DNA of 40,086 nucleotides from a virus (lineage: Duplodnaviria > Heunggongvirae > Uroviricota > Caudoviricetes > Crassvirales). Under the pieces are notes generated by a model, which saw only the letters and a program-made list of their open reading frames with translations, ran no database searches and was not told the origin of the DNA. Where the stretch lies: the IMG/VR virus record IMGVR_UViG_3300028048_000093, one strand, 5' to 3'. Both the position numbers and the translations under genes were made by a program. This document shows positions 35,382-40,086 of this stretch, piece after piece; positions within the stretch are counted from its first letter, which is position 1, and each line of letters opens with the position of its first letter.

Positions 35382-38300
35382 TTACAAATATCCTAATGTT
35401 ATTGCACCTCCACAAATCTCTTGGTCATTTGCATCCTTGAAACTTGTATTGGGTTGGAAGTCATCAAAAGTATTCTGACCTGGATTAGAGTCCTCCATAG
35501 GAGTACCATATACCTGCTGGAAAGCATCAGCCATAGCATCAAAGCTTGGGGCTGCTGTATCAAACTCAGGCATTGATTCCAAGTCAATGTCATCAAGTGA
35601 GGGTGATTCAAACCTTGCTAGGAACTCTGAGGTTGGGTCATAGTTAAGGTCATTCTGCTTAATTACTGAAGTAACTGCATCTGCATCCTTACCATACTCA
35701 TACTCAATAAAGCTGTTCCTATATCCGAGTGGAGCAATCCTCTCATACCTTGCATAGTGGCCATCAGACTCAGCAAGTTTGTAATATACATCCTTGCCTC
35801 TTATCCTCTTGCCAATGTACTTGAAGAACTCGTATGATACCTCACCAGCATCATTATTTCTCTTCTTGACCACCTTCTTGTTTGCATAAGGGGTCTCTTC
35901 ATCAATGGCGAATGTAACTTCATCCAAGATTTCAGAATCCTCACCTATGAATGGAACTGTAGCCTCCTGAGGAACCTCAGGTACTAGTCTCCTATTATCC
36001 AAGTGGTTGAGTACATACTGGTCAACAAACTGCTCATAGTCCTCTGTTGAAGACATCAGGCTTCTCAGGGTCTCTATATACCCAGGGATTGCCTGTCTTA
36101 CTGTCACAGGGGCAAGGTGAATGAATGTGTTTGGACCAAATGCAAAGCCATTTCTATAGAAACTATATCTGAACAAGTTAAGTGCCAGCTTCTGAGCTTC
36201 TGGGTTATCCATATACAATAGAGTTGTCCAGTCTCTCATATACCTTTCTTTCAAGGTACTACTTAGCTGACCCACATTCTTGAAGATAATAGTGTCCACA
36301 GGATTGCTGTCATTAGCCTTGGCTACTCTCAGTCTCTTGATGAACTCCAATTCAGCAATATCCTCATTCTCAGATACTACTCTCTTGAAGTACTCAGGGA
36401 ACTGATTGATAAACTTCTGTCTTCTTTCAGCAGCTGAAATCTCTTTGCCTGACTGTTGGTCAATACCAGCACCAAAGAACTCATTCCTTGACATAATATA
36501 AGCAAGGAGGTCATTATAAACACTGTTGATGGTCTTTACATCCAACTTACCTGTCTTAGTAAGGTCTCTTAGGCCCTCCCACAGTTTATGTGGCATACCA
36601 TCTGTGTCAATAATAGTCTTACCCTCAAGAACTGCCCTCATGGACTCACTATATTGTGGGAAGTACTGACCAAGCATCTGCTCTGTCTGTCTGATACCCA
36701 GTGTATAGAAAGCCTGTAGGAATGGCAGCTGGCTGGCAAGCATATCCTTTCTGATTACATCAATGTCTGCATCCTTTGAATACCTTATGTCCTCAATGAC
36801 ATCTGCCCCAGTAAGAGGAAACTCCTGATTAGTTGCAATGGAGTTAAGCAAATCCTCAACCTTCTCCATCTTAAGGATAGTGTCTGCAATAGTTGGACCT
36901 GCTGCACCACCCTGAGTGTCTGCCCTTGTTGCCCTAACAACTTGTGAAAGAGCATCAGCAGAACTCATTATCCTCTTGAACAGATAACCTACAGCAACCT
37001 GCTTGGAGTAGAACTCAACCTTCCTATAGTCAGGCTGGTTCCTTGGGTCAATACCCTCCATTTCCTTGGCAATGATTATGTAATCTGCCAAGTCCTCAGC
37101 ATAGAACTGGTTGTCCTTATAGTTGTCATAGGTAAGGTCACTTGTTATACCAGCAGCTTTCTTGTACTTTGACAATACCTCATCAATAATAACATCCTTA
37201 CCCTTACCCTCTCTGCTCTCTCTGAAGTAGGTTGCAGTTATCTCCTGAATAATGGGCTGGTTCATTAACAAACCAATCTCTATAGGATTATAACCTAGCC
37301 TTGAAAGAAGCATAGAAGCATCAGTGGTGAAGGTGTTCTGATTGAGGTCTGCAAGCACAGGGTCTTTCACATTATCCACAGAGGCAGCTAGGAATCCAGC
37401 ATTGTTTCTTGAAATGTATTCCTTGCTTTCATTCTGTATGCCATGCAGTGATGTGAGTCTCCTGCCATTGAGTACAAATGAACCATTCTCTCCGTCAAGT
37501 GCCAACTCTGTATGCTGCATAAGAGCATGGTTGGCATTATGGTTAGCATAGATACCAATGAGTTTTGCACCTGTCATGTTCTGCTGATGGAAGATGACCT
37601 GTGTCCTTGGAGACAATGGGTCAATAGATGCCTTAAGCTGCTCTGTGAGACCATCCAAGTCTATCCAAGGCTGCCCTGCTTCCTTTCTCTTTGCCTTCTC
37701 CTTATCACTAAGTGAGAGTGGCAGGTCAAAAAGGTATGAGGTAATAGGAGCCTTGACAGCTCTTCCTCCTCTATTGAGAGTCTTGTCAAACTTTATTCCA
37801 CCCTCCTTAAGTGCTTTTGTCAAGTCACTTTCAAGGGTATTGTTAAGAATGGTCATTATCCTTGCTGCTTTCTTCTGAGCATCAAATCCACCAGGGTTCA
37901 CAATCTTTGAAGCAGTATCAGGGTTAGTAAGTATGCCCCAAATCATATCAATGAGCAGGTTGTTCCTTGCCTCCTGACTTTGCTCCTGAGGAAGCTTATC
38001 AAAGTTGTACTTGACTTTCCTAATCTTAGGAGTCCTGTACTTATACCTCTCTTTGTTCTCCTTGAACCAAGTTCTGAATCCACCATCATCAGCACCAAGT
38101 AAATCTTCAGCAAGTTCTGAGTGACTGAACATTGAAAGAGCATCCCTGAAGAGTGCATCTTCTCTTGCGTAATCTTCTCTAGCTTGTCTCATATTATACT
38201 TGGAGATTCTGAACTCTGGTAGCATGATATACATCTTATCCACGTCAAAGTCAGAACCTGACAAAGTGGTAATCTCTGCTGGCAGCATAATAGATGAACC

Positions 38301-40086
38301 ATTCTGCTGTGGCAGGAATCCCTTAATATAGAGAGGTGCCATTGAATACTTATCCTCAGTAGGCACACGATAACCAATGAGTTTCCTCAGGTCATCATCA
38401 AGTCCATTGACATCAAGATAGTAGTTACCCTTGCTATCCTGCTTCATAAGAGGCTTATAGAACTCCTTACTATAAGCAGGCATATAGCACTCAAGGTACT
38501 TGATATGCTTATTCTCACCTTCACCTTCCCAAACAATCCTGAGTTGGTCAGATAGACCATAGGATGATACCTGAATAAGTGCTCCACCCTTAATCTTCTG
38601 TTTGGTGATTCTGCTCTTGATAATAGAGTTTAGAAGAGTCTGTACTCTCTGAGATTGCACTGGGTCAAACAAAGGTATATTGAACTGGCCATTCTTGTTA
38701 AGGGTACAAGCCCTAACCATATCCTGACCATACCTTGCATTACCCCTTACCTCATCAAGTAGTATCTTCTCTACCTTCTTGGGGTCTTTGAACTCCTCAT
38801 TTATCTCTGCAAACTTCTGTATAATGTTCTCTGTATTGATAGCATTGTAAAGGTCTAGCCACTCTTGCTTGCTCATCTTCCTGCCATTTACCTCAATAAC
38901 AGCATTTGGTGAAATGTCAGCAGTAATCAGCTTTCTAATCTGAGTACCCACAAGCTGTACAGCATCAATAGCGTGTTCAGGAGTAGCAGTCTGAATACCA
39001 TAGTCCTCATAGGAAACCTTATGGACTACATTAGGATTCTCACTGCCTGCACCAATACCAGTTTTATCCAGCAATAGGTTATATACCTCTTCCTCTGTGT
39101 TTACATCATTGAGGTTGATGACACCCTGCTTACCTACTTTGGTAGTAGATTCAAACTGGATTACATCAATGTGCTTATCCTGCATGAACTTATTGATAGC
39201 CCTTAGCTTCTTAGACCTGCCAAGTGGACCAGCAATTAGGTCGTGCATAGCAAGTAGGAGGAACTCAGAGTTCTTATGTTGAACAGGAGTTTTAATGCCT
39301 GTGTGACCCTCTACACCACTGGTGTTGTTCACCTGTGTGTAAACATAAGGCTTCTTAGTCTGCCAAATTGTAGTGAAGTCCTCAATGTTCCAAGTACCAT
39401 CCAAGAAATTCTTGTATGCCTGTTCCATTGCATCAGTCCACTGTCCTGACATTCCAAGTACTGCCCTATAAGAGTCAAGGCTTCTGTAAGCCTGAGCATC
39501 AGCTACATTCACTTTGGTAAACTGCTTGAGGATATAGTCCATAGATGCCCTTGAAAGTTCACCCTTCTTGACTTTCTCCTCCAGTACCTCCTTAATATCA
39601 TTGTATGACTCTGAGATAATCTCATCATCTTGCAGATAAATGGTTCTCTCCCAGTCTCTACCAATTCTTTCTCCGTGGAAAGTAGCCCTTGTATTCATCC
39701 TAAGAGAAGGAGCATGAACCTCCTTGTATCTCTTTTGGAAGTCCTCCATATTCTTATAGAAGGCCAAGTCTGTGGTAGTCATTTCAATGATTTGTGAAGT
39801 AGCGTGCTTGCTATTCCAGAAATACTCCCTCAAAGCATCCTTTGCAGAATTTCTTATGACTAGATTTCTGTTGATTGCATTAGCATCTTCAAGGGTAATA
39901 TCCCCTCTTGTTGCTGCCTCAGTCAACATACCTTTAATCTCTTCAAATATCTGATTTGCCTGTCTGTCATTTATTGGGTTATTATTGTTAAGGTCTCTCA
40001 GAAGAGCATCCATTTCTGCTGTCCAAGCAGTACCTAGAATAGTCCTTGCCTTATTGAGTGACCTTGCTGTTGTTCTATTATAATTA
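35382..40086 (-). CDS. Virion RNA polymerase (two-barrel, crAss/phi14:2 gp66-like), 5'-truncated by the window edge
   Basis: Catalytic GSDFDVDK at 38238-38252 and YRVPTE upstream. The frame stays open from 40013 to the window end (NYNRTTARSLNKARTILGTAWTAEM), so the true start is outside. Confidence 0.9.
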   Translation of the reverse strand, partial: NYNRTTARSLNKARTILGTAWTAEMDALLRDLNNNNPINDRQANQIFEEIKGMLTEAATRGDITLEDANAINRNLVIRNSAKDALREYFWNSKHATSQIIEMTTTDLAFYKNMEDFQKRYKEVHAPSLRMNTRATFHGERIGRDWERTIYLQDDEIISESYNDIKEVLEEKVKKGELSRASMDYILKQFTKVNVADAQAYRSLDSYRAVLGMSGQWTDAMEQAYKNFLDGTWNIEDFTTIWQTKKPYVYTQVNNTSGVEGHTGIKTPVQHKNSEFLLLAMHDLIAGPLGRSKKLRAINKFMQDKHIDVIQFESTTKVGKQGVINLNDVNTEEEVYNLLLDKTGIGAGSENPNVVHKVSYEDYGIQTATPEHAIDAVQLVGTQIRKLITADISPNAVIEVNGRKMSKQEWLDLYNAINTENIIQKFAEINEEFKDPKKVEKILLDEVRGNARYGQDMVRACTLNKNGQFNIPLFDPVQSQRVQTLLNSIIKSRITKQKIKGGALIQVSSYGLSDQLRIVWEGEGENKHIKYLECYMPAYSKEFYKPLMKQDSKGNYYLDVNGLDDDLRKLIGYRVPTEDKYSMAPLYIKGFLPQQNGSSIMLPAEITTLSGSDFDVDKMYIMLPEFRISKYNMRQAREDYAREDALFRDALSMFSHSELAEDLLGADDGGFRTWFKENKERYKYRTPKIRKVKYNFDKLPQEQSQEARNNLLIDMIWGILTNPDTASKIVNPGGFDAQKKAARIMTILNNTLESDLTKALKEGGIKFDKTLNRGGRAVKAPITSYLFDLPLSLSDKEKAKRKEAGQPWIDLDGLTEQLKASIDPLSPRTQVIFHQQNMTGAKLIGIYANHNANHALMQHTELALDGENGSFVLNGRRLTSLHGIQNESKEYISRNNAGFLAASVDNVKDPVLADLNQNTFTTDASMLLSRLGYNPIEIGLLMNQPIIQEITATYFRESREGKGKDVIIDEVLSKYKKAAGITSDLTYDNYKDNQFYAEDLADYIIIAKEMEGIDPRNQPDYRKVEFYSKQVAVGYLFKRIMSSADALSQVVRATRADTQGGAAGPTIADTILKMEKVEDLLNSIATNQEFPLTGADVIEDIRYSKDADIDVIRKDMLASQLPFLQAFYTLGIRQTEQMLGQYFPQYSESMRAVLEGKTIIDTDGMPHKLWEGLRDLTKTGKLDVKTINSVYNDLLAYIMSRNEFFGAGIDQQSGKEISAAERRQKFINQFPEYFKRVVSENEDIAELEFIKRLRVAKANDSNPVDTIIFKNVGQLSSTLKERYMRDWTTLLYMDNPEAQKLALNLFRYSFYRNGFAFGPNTFIHLAPVTVRQAIPGYIETLRSLMSSTEDYEQFVDQYVLNHLDNRRLVPEVPQEATVPFIGEDSEILDEVTFAIDEETPYANKKVVKKRNNDAGEVSYEFFKYIGKRIRGKDVYYKLAESDGHYARYERIAPLGYRNSFIEYEYGKDADAVTSVIKQNDLNYDPTSEFLARFESPSLDDIDLESMPEFDTAAPSFDAMADAFQQVYGTPMEDSNPGQNTFDDFQPNTSFKDANDQEICGGAITLGYL

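Noticed and set aside
6611-39954. Numerous 60-170 aa ORFs antisense to or nested in the large genes (for example 5951-6454, 6611-7093, 33453-33947)
   Set aside because: They are shadows of biased codon usage: Ser/Leu-rich translations with no initiation context or motifs.
1-40086. Alternative genetic code (TAG or TGA reassignment, known in some crAss-like phages)
   Set aside because: All large genes, up to 2312 aa, are uninterrupted under code 11. TAG (2135, 2657, 31325) and TGA (2892, 5554, 31272) fall at plausible gene ends.
46-40086. Additional VRs, CRISPR arrays, tRNAs, introns, inteins or homing endonucleases
   Set aside because: None recognised by eye. Intergenic gaps are short and accounted for, and genes are uninterrupted. 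A BLAST of the TR against the window and tRNAscan would be needed to exclude them formally.

Overview
A 40 kb segment of a crAss-like (Crassvirales) phage of a Bacteroidota host. Gene order resembles PhiCrAss001-type phages as I recall them; no database search was possible. From left to right: (1) the 3' end of a diversity-generating retroelement (DGR), with the tail of a variable repeat (VR, 1-24), a small acidic ORF, an AAY-rich template repeat (TR, about 542-655) and an intact reverse transcriptase carrying an unusual ~110 aa C-terminal extension, but no recognisable avd gene; (2) a block of small uncharacterised genes: a 40-aa basic peptide missed by the ORF track, a membrane protein, an HTH protein and a separately promoted three-gene operon; (3) a lysis cassette (spanin-like, holin-like, T7-type amidase); (4) the capsid-tail module (scaffold-like protein, major capsid protein, ring proteins, auxiliary capsid protein, hub proteins, HU/IHF-like protein, muzzle); (5) virion cargo proteins, including a 2312-aa protein with PD-(D/E)xK and HExxH domains, converging at a bidirectional terminator with a minus-strand 1351-aa protein and the 5'-truncated virion RNA polymerase (DFDVD motif). 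Bacteroidota-type TAnnTTTG promoters recur next to or overlapping hairpins. The standard genetic code fits all genes. Most structural calls rest on synteny and motif recognition, not alignments.
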